Origin: Octopus vulgaris
Lineage: Eukaryota
Assembly: GCA_951406725.2 (NCBI GenBank)
Contig: OX597830.1
Location: 33,294,001-33,358,000, forward strand
Length of the DNA stretch: 64,000 nucleotides
Direction: 5' to 3'
The notes under the pieces were generated by a model. It was not told where the DNA came from. It did no database searches and saw only the letters and a program-made list of their open reading frames with translations. This document shows, one piece after another, positions 13,336 to 26,457 of this stretch. Position 1 is the stretch's first letter, and every line of letters begins with the position of its first letter. A program made the position numbers and the translations under genes.

Positions 13336-13649
13336 TACCCCTGATATAATTGCGTGTATTCCAAGAAATTTGAAAGAGAGAATCTTTAGAATGTTTCATA
13401 TAAATCTTCCCCACCAACACGGATTGGATGGATTTCAAGGACGTGGATCAGCTTGCTTTGTTCTTTCATTCAAAATCCCGGCATTTCAAGGCTTTTATGC
13501 AAATAACCCAGAGCACTTACGATATCAGATGCAAATGGAAGTCTTTAGTCTTGTTACCATACCTGTAAGTCCTTCATTAGGACACCATACATAGTCATTT
13601 TACCTACTCTTTTAAACGAGACATTCGCTTTCGCTGGCTTATAAGTATG

Positions 13650-13671
13650 TTTGCATGTTCCAGTTCATGTA

Positions 13672-13702
<31 letters not shown>

Positions 13703-13938
13703 GTATGTGCATATATGCAGTATGCATTTGTGCATGTGAGCATGTATGCATGTCCTATGTACATGTACATATATGTAAGCGTATGTATGCATATATGCCA
13801 CTTGTGTGTGAACGAGTATGCTTCAACTACAGTCTCTGTGCATAAGCATGTATATGTATGTATGTGTGTATATATGTATTTATGTATCAATCTATCTATC
13901 TATATATAAATATATATGTATATATATATATACGTATA

Positions 13939-13993
<55 letters not shown>

Positions 13994-14068
13994 GTATATG
14001 AGAATATATATATAAATATATACATATATATATATATATATGTATTATATACATATTTATATATATTC

Positions 14069-14121
<53 letters not shown>

Positions 14122-14320
14122 CATATATATATATACACATATGCATATACATATATGTATGCATATGTATATATGCATATATATACACATACATACATAC
14201 ATACATACATACATACATACATACATACATACATACATACATACATACATACATACATACATACATACATACATGTATATATATTTGTATGTCTCTGCAT
14301 GTGTATATCTATATCTACAT
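13650..14320. repeat. Compound (TG)n/(TA)n/(TACA)n microsatellite field
   Basis: Directly visible. Confidence 0.95.
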
Positions 14321-14863
14321 TACTACAGGCCAAACTTCTGGAATGTTTGACATTTTTACAGTTCCAGTAATGGCTTATGATTGTAATTTTCTAATTAGCC
14401 CTATCCTTTCTTGTTTTTTGAAGCCAAGCTTTTCAAAATTGCTGCTGAGGCAATTAGAGACATAACCAACTGCCCCAATGCTACAGGTATAAATCTTAAT
14501 TTATAGTCTGGGTGTTGTATCTGCCGATTTCTCGTTAGTTTGACATAGATGTTTTTCTTTTCCTTTTATCTATAATGTTGTATTAATGTCTGCTAGACAA
14601 CTTATATCTACCACTGTGCACACTTTCTTTCTCTCTGTCCAAAATCATAATGTTTTATTGGTAGGTATATAAACATAAGTGAGTGTGTGTCTATACATCC
14701 ATCCATCCAGCCATCCAACCATCCAGCCATCCAGCCATCCATCCTTACATACATCCACACATACACACACATATACACACATATACACATATACACAGGC
14801 AATACAAACTCTTGTACTTTGACTACGAATTCTTATTCGTACATTATAGGTACATTAGGTTAT

Positions 14864-15120
14864 TCTTTTATTCTTTTACTTGTTTCAGTCATTTGACTGC
14901 GGCCATGCTGGAGCACTTCCTTTAGTCGAACAAATTGACACCAGCACTTATCCTTTGTAAGCCTAGTACTTATTCTGTTGGTCTTTTTTGTCGAACTGCT
15001 AAGTTACAGGGATGTAAACACAACAACATCAGTTGTCAAGCGATGGCTGAGGGACAAACACAGACACACACAAAATATAAGCATATACATACACACATAT
15101 ATATATATATGTAAGTGTAC

Positions 15121-15161
<41 letters not shown>

Positions 15162-15327
15162 TACATACATTTTTATTCTCTCTCTGTTTATTTTCTGTGT
15201 TCCTTTCTGCTGAAAAGTGTAGGCTCAAAATGTAAAAGTCTTTCTAACTTTCCCGACTGTCAAACTAATACACCTGCTTGTTGTTTATACACCTGCCTTT
15301 GTGTTTTGTTTTTCTGTAAATTTCAAC

Positions 15328-15361
<34 letters not shown>

Positions 15362-15380
15362 ATGGGCCTCTCTCAGTTTT
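14864..15380 (-). mobile_element. SINE A (3' part) with a foreign insert at ~15170-15330 in its central microsatellite
   Basis: Tail 14864-15075; resumes ACGATGGGCCTCTCTCAGTTT at ~15359. Confidence 0.7.
15170..15330 (+). mobile_element. Short repeat family with a variant hammerhead-like motif (also 18830-18995 +, 58660-58815 -)
   Basis: Three-copy consensus CTTT-CTGTTGA-A-GAGC-GTAG-GCTC-GAAAC-GTA-AAAG; each copy abuts (TA)n. Confidence 0.6.
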
Positions 15381-16173
15381 CGTTTGTTGCTTGAAAGCTT
15401 GAAGACAGTAGAACTGACACAAAGTGCAGAGCCTCTTTCAGACACAAGACCACTAGATCACGCCTTGAGGGCTATGCATTTGCAATCCAGGAACAGGAGA
15501 TTGCCACAAAGTACCTGGTGAACAAGAGAGACAGTAATGCTCTTGTAATCCCAAGGTGCAACTGCATGTGTAGGCTGTGTTATGTTTCTGTGGAACACAT
15601 CGCATGTGATTAGCAACTGTTCTAAAATGTCGTCACGGTACTACTGCCCTATGCAGCATGAGGTTGTTGCTAAAACAATTTCCAATGTCATCCACAAAAA
15701 AGACGGTCCTGAAATAAAGTTAGAAAATCCTTCTTTTATGAAATACATTCATAAATATTAATGCAAATAATACTGGTGGAATATTCCCATCAAAACTTCT
15801 GTCAAATGTAAACAAAACAGACTGAATATTATTGTTTGGGAGCAAAGGTATGTACCATCATAGAGCAAAGGTATGTACCATCATAGAGGTCAGCTGCCCT
15901 GCAGATATAAATATCTCTTTGAAAATCAAAGGAAAAGAGGATAACTATGGACAACTGTTTCAAAACCCCCAGTTTCTATATCCAGACTTTGAATTCATAT
16001 TCATATCAATAATAATTGGAGCACTAGGTTTTGAAAGTAAATGCTTAAAGGAGAATCTGGATAAACTGGGATTTTCAGAAAGAGAAATCGACCGGCTAAT
16101 TCGTACATTACAAGTGCAATCTGGGAGTGGAACAGCAAAAATATGCAAGACATTTCTTAAGTTCCAAATGTGA
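15381..16173 (+). pseudogene. 3' end of a non-LTR retrotransposon with restriction-like endonuclease (R4/Dong/NeSL-type), frameshifted
   Basis: EGYAFAIQEQEIATKY; CRLC...E...HVISNC...QHEVVAK zinc knuckle; IIEVSCPAD and IIIGALG RLE motifs; stops and a 23-bp tandem duplication. Confidence 0.8.
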
Positions 16174-16183
16174 ATTTGTCTGT

Positions 16184-16289
16184 GTTGATGAACAACAATT
16201 GACTTAGATCAATTATTATTTATTAATTAAATTCAATACAAATTAATTAATAACTAATAACTGATGTAAGTCGATTGTTGTTCATCAAT
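16184..16289. repeat. Fold-back inverted repeat
   Basis: TTGATGAACAACAATTGACTTAGATCAATTATTA ... TAATAACTGATGTAAGTCGATTGTTGTTCATCAA. Confidence 0.8.
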
Positions 16290-16482
16290 ATTTCTCCATT
16301 TTCTGTTTTCTTTAAATTTTGGGTTTTGATAAACCCATGTTTATCCTTGTCTTTACCTACAACTTATGAGCATAATATGTTTGCATATGTATGCTCATGG
16401 TAATATACCGGTAATGTAATGGATACTTCTATCCCTTAGACAGTTATTTTAACCTCTAACTCAGCTAAACATATATATATGC

Positions 16483-16513
<31 letters not shown>

Positions 16514-18085
16514 AAAGCAACAACTAATCTATTCTTGTTGCTTTTTTCTCGTATATATATATATATATATACATATATATGTGTGCATGTGTGTGTATGT
16601 ATATGTATGTATGTGTATTTATATAAATATATATATGTACACACTCACACATCCTTTACTTTTCCTGGCTGATAACAGTAAAAAGTGAGTGTATAATGAT
16701 ATAAAGATTATAGGTCTGATCTTGAAAGTATGAAAATAATGCTGTTTTTGAGGTAGAGTTGCAGTAATTTCCTGGAAGGCTGGCTTCTGATCTTGTGTTA
16801 CTCATACAAGTGCCTACATGTCTTTTAAAAGTCTTTGTTAATAATTCACAAAATTAATGTGACACATTGAGTTCGAGTTTACTTGAAGTCATTATCTTGT
16901 TGAGGAAACTTTGCCAATATGACAAGAATGTCTCACATCCTCATTAAAGATGATATAATTGACATTATTCTCAAATTATTAGTAGAAATTTATTCCTCAC
17001 AATCTTACACACACATATACACTCATACACTCCTGCTCTTCCTCCTGCTCTCTCTCTTTCTTTATATCTTCCATTTAATAGATGTATATAAGGTGCCCTA
17101 ATTCTGGAAGTCAAACATCTGCTTAAAGTCTTGTGAGTTTCTTTGATGTAGATTATATTAAGATGTTGGCAATAGTCATGTGGACAAGAGAACACATTAA
17201 TTATCTTTAATTTTGTGCTCTATGTTCTTGTTCATGTAGCTGCTGTTGTTGATGTTGTTGCTGTTGTTATTTGCAAGTAATTTTCTTATTCAGATTAGCA
17301 GACTGTATTCCATGGAGCTTTTTTTGTCGTCTTTTATCAATTATCTCTGACCCAAATTACTGCAAGTTTGTGTCTAATCAAACCCTTTAATTTTGATTAT
17401 CAGAAGTATTGCAGATAGTCAGCCATATATTGGTTACTAGCAGTAATTTTCCATCATTATCTGACAGAGAATAGATCTGTCAATAAATATTGTAACATAG
17501 AAAAATGATGCTCTGGGAATACTAATTCCATAAGTTTTAAATGAATTTAAGAGTGGAATGAAGAATTACTGCGGGACTTATTTCTCAAGGAATTTCATTC
17601 CTACTGAGGATATTTTCATAACAGTGGCCTCTTTGTCATTTAAAATGATTAGTAGTTATTATTTATCCATCCTCCTTAAGCAAGTTAATTTATGACAAAT
17701 TGTTGCCCTGCTCAAAATATGACTAAGTATGAATTTCTCCAATGAATTTTAACTTCTTAACCTTTAGATTAATGAAACTTTCTTAGCTATTCAGTTCTTA
17801 TAATTTTTATAGATATAAATTCTTTAAGCTTTACTAAAAACTCAATGCATGATTCCAGAAAGGTGTGCTTTCTTTGAAACTTAAAGAAGAAAGTAAATAA
17901 GGAAGAAAAAACTAAATTATGCTGCCCTCTAATTTTGCCTATTGATTAATTTTTATTTATAAATTAAGACAAAACGAAAGTTAATTTTTTTCTTAAAAAT
18001 GTCAGTTTTTCATAAGCTGCCAATATTTATTTGCATCTGTGTGTGTGTGTGTTAAGGTAACATCAACAAAAAAGTGAGAAATGAA

Positions 18086-18276
18086 TATTGTTCAATGTAC
18101 ACAGTATATAGTTATGAGCTACTAACTGTTTCATACTTTATAGATATTTTCTATTTTCTTTTCTTGGAGACACTAGGCATGCTATTAAAACCTGCTTAGA
18201 AAATATCTTCTTTGTATGAATCTTTTAGTAGCTCATAAGTATATACTATACATATTTAATGTGTACATTAACAATA
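18086..18276. repeat. Long imperfect hairpin
   Basis: Nested paired blocks TATGAGCTACTAA/TTAGTAGCTCATA, TTCATAC/GTATGAA, AGATATTTTCTA/TAGAAAATATCT. Confidence 0.8.
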
Positions 18277-18295
18277 CTTATATACTTACATATAT

Positions 18296-18530
<235 letters not shown>

Positions 18531-18541
18531 GCTGGTCTATG

Positions 18542-18600
18542 GGGTTACCCTGGGCTTCACATCTATAAAGGGCTTAGCTTTACAATATTTCTTCAGACCC
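18542..18600 (-). ncRNA. Hammerhead motif with one core change
   Basis: Minus strand GGGT-CTGAAGA-AATATTGTAAAG..CTTTATAGATGT-GAAG-CCCAGG-GTA-ACCC; GAAA reads GAAG. Confidence 0.55.
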
Positions 18601-19024
18601 TAATTGGTCTATGACTTTTCTAGCAAGTTGGTTATCTAGAAAATGGGGAAGGAAAAGACTTTGTTAATCTATGTCAACAACAAGAGATTTTCTTCCTTTA
18701 ACCACTATTCATAATTGGCCCTATTGGCATGTGGATCCCAGGATGCCAGTAAGAATTTCCTGAAGTGCTAGCAGAGTCCAAAGACTGATGTTCTCTGGGT
18801 TAAGAGAGGCCTTAGATCGCTACCTACTATGTATTCTTTATTTTCTCTCCTTGTTTCTTTCTGTGTTCCTTTCTGTGGAAGAGCATAGACTCGAAACATT
18901 AAAGACCATTTCACTTCCCGAGCTTTATACTAATACATCTGTTTGTTGTGAACACCACCTGTCTTCATCTTTTGTTTTTTTGTGAATTCTCCCTATATAT
19001 ACATACATATATATATATATAGAT

Positions 19025-19108
<84 letters not shown>

Positions 19109-19109
19109 G

Positions 19110-19273
19110 TGGTGAGCTTCTTTCAGTTTCCATCTACCAAATCCACTCACAAGTCTTTGGTTGGCCTGAGGTTATAGTAGAAGACACTTGCCCATGGTAT
19201 CACGCAGTGGGACTGAACCCAGAACCATGTGGTTGTGAAGCAAGCTGCTTACCGCACAGACATTCTTGTGCCT
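19110..19273 (-). mobile_element. SINE A head
   Basis: Reverse complement of head next to (GATA)n. Confidence 0.8.
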
Positions 19274-19339
19274 ATATCTACATTTTTATGTGAATGTGAG
19301 TATATACTTATTGATTCTTCTTTTAGTTATGAACAATTA

Positions 19340-20360
19340 GTTTCATATTTCAAATTTTGCTATGAGGCAAGCAGTTTTGGGGGAGTGTGAAGATTGATTA
19401 CATCATCCCCAGTATTCAGCTGGTATTTATTTTATCGACCCCGGAAGGATGAAAAGCAAAGCTGACTGTGGAAGAATTTGAACTCAGAATATAAATGGGA
19501 ATGAAATCCTACTAAGCATTTTGCGCTGCACGATAACATTTCTGCCAGCTTACTGCCTTATTTACCATTATATATTGGTTTCAAATTTTGGCACAAGGCC
19601 AGCAAGTCGATTACACTGATCCTAGTGTCCGACTGGTACTTATTTTATTGGATCCTAAAGGGATGAAAAGCCAAGTCAACCTCAGTAGAATTTGAGCTCA
19701 GAATGTTCAGACAAACGGAATGGTGCTAAGCATTTTGTCCAGGGTACTGAATATTCTGCCAGCTCACTGCCTTCTTTTATTTACCATAATATGTTCTTAT
19801 TTCTTTAAGCGGCTAAACATAGAGGGGACAAACAAGGACAGACAAAGGGATTAAGTCGATTAAATCGACCCCAGTGTGTAACTGGTACTTAATTTATCGA
19901 CTCTGAAAGGATGAAAGACAAAGTTGACCTCGGCAGAATTTGAACTCAGAACATAGCGGCAGACAAAATATCGCTAAGCATTTCACCCGGCATGCTAATG
20001 TTTCTGCCAGCTCACCACCTTTTACCATAATATGTTCTTTTCTACTCTAGGCACAAGTCCTGAAATTTTTTGTGGGTGGGGGCCAGTCGATTAGATCAGT
20101 CCCAGTATGCAACTGGTACTTAATTTATCAACCCCGAAAGGATGAAAGGCAAAGTTGACCTCTGCAGAATTTGAACTCAGAAAACAGACGAAATACTGCT
20201 AAGCGTTTTGTCTGGTGTGCTAAGGTTTCTGCCAGCTCACTGCATTAGAACTTTAAAATAAATCTTTTCTACTCTAGGTACAAGGTCTGAAATTTTTGAG
20301 GAGGGAGCCAGTCGATTAGATCGACCCCAGTATGCAACTGCTACTTTATTTATCAACCCC
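19340..20360 (-). mobile_element. Cluster of five co-oriented Nin-domain SINEs (family B)
   Basis: Repeated ACTGGTACTTAATTTATCGACCCCGAAAGGATGAAAGGC...GAATTTGAACTCAGAA...CTGCCAGCTC; 19-bp TSD around one copy. Confidence 0.88.
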
Positions 20361-20842
20361 CTTATTTTCCATCATGATGCTTCAGTACTTACTAAAACGT
20401 AATATACATTTTTGTAATAAATTTTGCCAACATCACCAATTGTTTAAGATAGAGCAGCTGAAAGAGCTTTGGTATATAAACTGAATTATATGTCCATACA
20501 ACATGCAAATATAACACATAGTGTTAATTAATTTATAATATGGCAAAGACCCCCCCCCACACCTCAGTCACCTAGAAAGTTCCCCTCTGAGGCACAAGTC
20601 CAGGCAAGGTCGTTTATGGAAGACCAGCAGTTAACCTTGCATACCAACCTTGCCGCTCCACACCACCAATGTTATCCAAGGGAATAATGGTAAAAGGCTG
20701 ATACAGCTTGGCACCAGTGATGTCGCAACTCATTTCTACAACTGAGAGAACTGGAGGTGGCATAAATGTTGCTACCATTAGTTCAAATTACATCTTGTTC
20801 AAGTGTAGAAACATGCCAGCATGCCACATGTTCTCTGTCAGT

Positions 20843-21893
20843 ATGGATTTAAAAGGAAATAAATTTACAACAAATTTTAAGCTTCCCGTGATTGAATATA
20901 CAGAAATACTAATTAACTCTGCAACAGCAACTGAGAAACTTAAAGTGGCAGAAAAGAAATTTCGAGATTGCCAAAGGCTTTTGGTAAAACTTAAACAAAT
21001 GCTGAGGAATAGATGTATTAACAAAGGAAAGTGTAACAAGTGGCCACAGTTGAAAGCTAGAGTGGCAATTTATCTCAATGGAAACCTAGAAAATGGATAT
21101 GGTGTTTCCTAGGGAACAGTTCATGTCTTTGCTGTGAAAATGGCACAGAAAGTAGGCATTTTTCGGTAAGTTGCTGAAACTGTTCAAGCTTTATGGAGAG
21201 AAACAGTTTGGTACGGAGAAAGATGATGAAAATAGCACAGCTGCTTTCACAAGAAATGGTTGGAAAGTTATTGGCATTTCGTAGATTAATAATCCAATGC
21301 CTGAAGAAAAAGAATGCCTATAAATTTTCATGGTTTGGAAACATGATGAAATATTCAGTTATGCCTAGCAAGTCCCACACTGAATAAAGTTAGAGGGAAA
21401 AAAACAATTTTAATAATGACTGCTGGATATAAAAAGTCAAGGTTCACAGTTATGTTAGCATGTATAGCTGTCAGCACAAAGCTTATTGTAATATTTAGAA
21501 GGAAATCTATACCAAAGCAAAAGTTTTCCAAAATGTGTAATAATCATCCATGGATGAATGAAAAATACATACAAATCTGGTAGAAAATGCTTGGTACTAA
21601 CGACTGGAAAGAAAAATGTCTTAGTGTAGGATATGCTTCAGTCACATCCTGACAATATTACTGCTACAGTTGAGAAGGGAAACACAGAAGCATTATGATA
21701 TATAAGCAAGCCATTCCAAGATTCAATGTGAGAAAAAACGGAACAATTGCATGATGGAAGAAGACAGAAAATATGTTAAGGTGGTGGTGATGGTGGAAGG
21801 GGTTGAAACATGCAATCTCCAAACTAAAAAAACCTTATAGAAATAGATTTAGAGGCAAAAGATGAAATCAAACCAGAAATTTCTGTGAAATCT
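20843..21893 (+). pseudogene. pogo/Tigger-family transposase relic (Brinker-like DBD, CENP-B HTH, DDE_1)
   Basis: FTTNFKLPVIEY...EKKFRD; KWPQLKARV; FMERNSLVRRK..KIAQ; GKKTILIMTAGYKKSRFTVMLAC; HPWMNE; many stops and frameshifts. Confidence 0.8.
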
Positions 21894-22069
21894 AAAACAC
21901 TGAGATCACTGCATATATTTTTGTTACTAATTGGTATTTTATTTGTTTTTTGTTTGCTAGTTTTTTTGTTTACTATTTTTTGTTTACTAGGTTTTTGTTT
22001 ACTAGTTATTTTGTATACTAGTTTTTTGTTGTTTATTAGTTTTTTTTGTTTCCTAGTTTTTTTATGTTA

Positions 22070-23010
22070 TATTTTTTTTACTTGTTTCACTTATTGGACC
22101 GCACACATGCTGAGGTGCCGTCATGAAGGGTTTTAGTCAAACACATTAACCCCAATATGTATGTACCAATATCTATGGTACCTTTTCTGTCAGTATCTTT
22201 GGCCAAGCTGCTAAGTTAGATGTAAAGAAACAAAAATCAGTTTTCAAATCACATGGGTGAACGATAAACACAAATACAAAAACACACACACACAAACATA
22301 TCTATATATACGTGTATATATTATATGTGTGTGTGTATACATACATATATATATATATATGTATGTATATCACGTGATCACATGACCGACCTGGCCATCA
22401 GATGGTGCTACACATCACTGGCTAAGCGAGCAGGCCAACAGAAGAAAGAGTGAGAGAAAGTTGTGGTGAAAGAGTACAGCAGGGATCATCCCCACCCTGC
22501 CAGAGCCTCGTGGAGCTTTAGTTGTCTTTGCTCAATAAACACTCACAACACCCGATCTGGGAATCATAACCACAATCCTATGACCGCAAGTCCGCTGCCC
22601 TAACCACTGGGCCATTGCACCTCTGCATGTATGTATATATATTTATATATATATATATATATATATGTTTCTATATATATATATATATTGGTGAATAGTA
22701 TTTCTTTATATTTGAATTAAGGCTACTATTGGTTTCATGTTAAGAAAAATAGGAAAATATCTTAATATTGTAACAATTTTTCAAGCCTATCACATGGAAG
22801 AATGGTATTCATCTCCAGTTTGGATAAACACATATGTATATATAAGTAATAGGTTTCCACACACTTTCTGTTTACCAAATTGACATATAAAGAATTGGTT
22901 GGCCTAGGGCTACAGTAGAAAATACTTTCCAAATGTGCTGTACCATGGGACAGAACATGAATGCCTAATGTTTCATATCGAGCTTCTTAACCACACAGCC
23001 ATGTCTGCAC
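22070..23010 (-). mobile_element. Old SINE A containing a tRNA-headed SINE E (~22370-22625) and an AT-rich insert with a decayed hammerhead (22720-22788)
   Basis: SINE A tail 22070-22290, head 22850-23010; minus-strand AGGC-TTGAAAA...GAAAC-CAATA-GTA-GCCT. Confidence 0.6.
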
Positions 23011-23649
23011 TTCGTAATTAATAAATAATTTTTATGTCAGCAACTAAGAGTCTCTCTTAATCATTCCCAACATGCATAGATTAAAATCTAATAAATCTAT
23101 GACCTGTTCTGGATTATAAATGGTGTATAATTTGGATGATGGTATATAGGCATTCTTAAATTTCAGAAGATGGTTGCTTGTGTATCTATTTAAGAAACAA
23201 CTTTTCTTGGTAAATTACTATAATTCCCAAAATTGTTGAGCAAGTAAATTTATCTCCTGAGCAAAAATATTTATTATCCGTTCTCAAGAACATTTCTAGT
23301 TAATTGTGCTAAGCACTAAACCAGTGATGCCAGAATTTACCAAAGACTCTTTGATCATGAAAGCATTTTTGAGGCCATAACGAAAATTATATAAGCACCG
23401 TACTAATTGCTTAACAGTATTTAGATGAATTCAGTCCCACCTGGTTCACTTTTATTCTTCATTCCATAATAGTCAGTAAAGTATGTAACCAGGCTTGTAC
23501 TGGGATTGAGTCCATAGACCAGACAGCTCCCCTATAAATCTAAACCTTTGTGTCAGTGAGAGAAATCATCATTGAAACAATTGTGATGGCATAACAGTGC
23601 AAAATTAGATGTTTTTGGTGTTAGAGTCTGATCTTGAATTAGTATATAC

Positions 23650-24230
23650 TAGGGACTTGGAAACAGCTCCATTGTGCTGGTGTAGTCCGTTAAAAACTCT
23701 GTATACTGGATGCCAGTATGTTTCAGCAATTATCTCAAATGACTACACCATTTCAGATCCTTCCTCTTGACAGCTTTATAGTGCACTAGCCTCACCCCAC
23801 ACTGATATGAAGCCCCCCCCCACTACTTCAACTGACTATTATTTGACCTCAAGTCCATTTCGTGATCATCACATCTAACAACCGGGTTTCATCATTCCTT
23901 TTCAGCCATACCCAATAGCTGGTTCTCTCAACTGTTGTCTGAATCTCCAAGATGGCATTTCCTTGCTGATGTTTGATGCCCATTGACAGCAACTAATATC
24001 TCAGTCTGGTCCCAATTAAACCCCTACATCCATCTTCAACAGGAAAGTGTCCTATAATCCAACCACCATTTATACAGTCTTCTAGCAGCATCTTATAATG
24101 CATGTCTTTCCTAACCTGAGCTGCATCTAAATCGTCTTCATGTGGAACAGTTAATTCAAAATGGTGTATTATCTTTTATTCATCACTTCATTTTTTTATC
24201 ACCAGCTTCTTCACTGTTGGTAAGTGGGAA
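23650..24230 (-). pseudogene. Highly decayed RTE-like LINE 3' fragment
   Basis: Minus strand reads KRKDLKWCSHL, like the RTE C-terminal R(R)L.W.GH motif. Confidence 0.4.
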
Positions 24231-24235
24231 AAAAA

Positions 24236-24692
24236 GGGACCCTCTTCGGTTATGAATGATCATGAGATTTCACCTAGAAAGTTACTCTCTAAAGCGCAAG
24301 TTCAGGCAAGGTTGCTTATGGAAGATCAACAGTTGCCCATGCATACCAGTTTCCCTTCTCTATGCCACTGATGTTATCAAAGGGATTACACCTAAAACGT
24401 TCCCCTCCAAGGAACAAGTCTATGCAAGGTTGTTTATGGAAGACCAGCAGTCACCCATGCATACCAGCCTCACCTTATCATGCCACTAATGTTATCCAAG
24501 GGAAAGGCAAAAGCCAATAGAATTTGGGGCTCCAGTGACGTTGCAACTCATTTCTACAGCTGAGTGAACTGGAGCAACATAAAATAAAGTGTCTTGCTCA
24601 AGAACACAACACACAACCCGGTCTGAGAATTGAACTCACTACCTCATGATTGTGAGCCCGATACTCTAACTACTGAGTCACGCACCTTCACT
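24236..24692 (-). mobile_element. tRNA-headed SINE (family D) with ~115-bp internal tandem duplication; partial copy at ~20550-20755
   Basis: Minus head GTGAAGGTGCGTGACTCAGTAGTTAGAG...GAGTTCAATTC; CACCTAGAAAG..ATCAAGGGA block twice. Confidence 0.75.
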
Positions 24693-25194
24693 TTGCTGAA
24701 ATTGACTTAGCATTTATTTCATCCTTTAATGCATTAGTGTTGATTCTGTTAACAAAAGCATTGCACCCTATGTGCTTCATAAAAAGAAATTATATTCATG
24801 TATTCTTTTATCTTATAACAATCGTTTACTTATATATTATTTTTAAATAATAAACTCCCCTGTTGAATATCAAAATATTAATTAGAGTCGTGCAGAAATT
24901 ACTATTGATTGGTAAGAATATTTTCATTCTTTGTTATTGATTAGCACCATTCCTCAGTACCTGGCACCATATCTCAACGGTTGTTATATTAATTTCTCAG
25001 GTTATTTAGTTTCTGAGAGTACTTGTGCGTCTAATCTGCTGTTATTATTGTTATCCGTATGTGTAAACTATTATTATTATTATCATTATTATTTGATGAA
25101 AACTCTCAGCTTTTTTTTTGCGAGGTTTGATGGAAAGTGTCAGCTGTCCATAAACAGCAGACTATTCGTATTGTTGTTGTTGTTGTTGTTGTTA

Positions 25195-25385
25195 TGGCGG
25201 CAAGCTGGCAGAATTTTTAGCATGTTGGGCAAAAGGCTTTGCATTCTGAGTTCAAATTCTGCCATGGTCGATTTTGCATTTCATCCTTTTAGGGTCGATA
25301 AATTAAGTACAAGTGAAACACTGGGGTTGATGTAATCAACTGTCCCACTCCCCACAAAATTGTGCCTTTTGTAGAAAGGATTACT
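25195..25385 (+). mobile_element. Nin-domain SINE (family B)
   Basis: TTCATCCTTTTAGGGTCGATAAATTAAGTAC. Confidence 0.75.
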
Positions 25386-25404
25386 ATTATTGTTGTTGTT
25401 GCTA

Positions 25405-25460
<56 letters not shown>

Positions 25461-25487
25461 GTTATTATTATTATTATTATTATTATT

Positions 25488-26049
25488 GAGTGAGAGAGCA
25501 GTGCATTCCATCAAAGTTACACTGGGGTAAAATATACAAAGCCCTGTATACCCATTATTACTACCCGTCTGATAGGGGTACACCAGGCACATGCATCACA
25601 ACCATATGTGCACGACATGGTGATCTCATATCAAGATAAACAGCACATGACCTTGCAGGTGGGGCCCAGTTAGAATTTTCTTCTGGTCGAGGAACCCATC
25701 CTGCTCAAAAGGTCTCTGAATAAGGATTGTTTAAGGATGTTGAACGAAACACCCATGTTGTCCAGAAGTGAATAATTCAAACCCCAAAGAATCCCTCTCA
25801 ACACATGGCTATGATGCTCCCCCATTACTTCTGCTCGTGATCAGAGATGCACATATCGTCAGCCACCAAGGGACATGCTCAACTGGTTATGTTCAAGTAA
25901 CTGACAACCAAATCTGTTAGCCCATCTTTTATATCAAGAAAAAACAATGTACATGATAACACCTCTAATCAGTTAAGATAAGAAGCCATGAGAGCAACTG
26001 CCTGGTACTGCATCAGGGCATGAAAATTAGGCATTACCATTTGCAGATG

Positions 26050-26050
<1 letters not shown>
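25488..26050 (-). mobile_element. Non-coding interspersed element embedded in (TAA)n
   Basis: GC-richer block bounded by (ATT)n tracts at 25400-25487 and 26050-26095; single copy in window. Confidence 0.45.
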
Positions 26051-26097
<47 letters not shown>

Positions 26098-26344
26098 AAA
26101 ATCCAGATTAGCTTCCTTCGGTCTTATATTTCTTTCTTTCTGCTGGCTATTTGCATGTGTCTGCCTATTTTTTTTTTTACGGTTCATTAAAATGATTGGA
26201 AATTTATGCTAGACATTCATGCATGCACACAAACATAAGTACATGTGCATACATACGTTTATGTGCAGCATATGTATTGATTCCTGCTGGCATATATGTC
26301 TCCATCTGTCCTGATACACACATATACATACATGCATGCATGCA

Positions 26345-26425
<81 letters not shown>

Positions 26426-26426
26426 G

Positions 26427-26457
<31 letters not shown>

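Noticed and set aside
13600-14470. YI/CV/HT-rich ORFs here and throughout the window
   Set aside because: Translations of (TA)n, (TG)n and (TACA)n microsatellites.
19340-20360. CRISPR-like array
   Set aside because: Units are ~220-bp SINEs, not short repeats with unique spacers; eukaryotic context and no cas genes.
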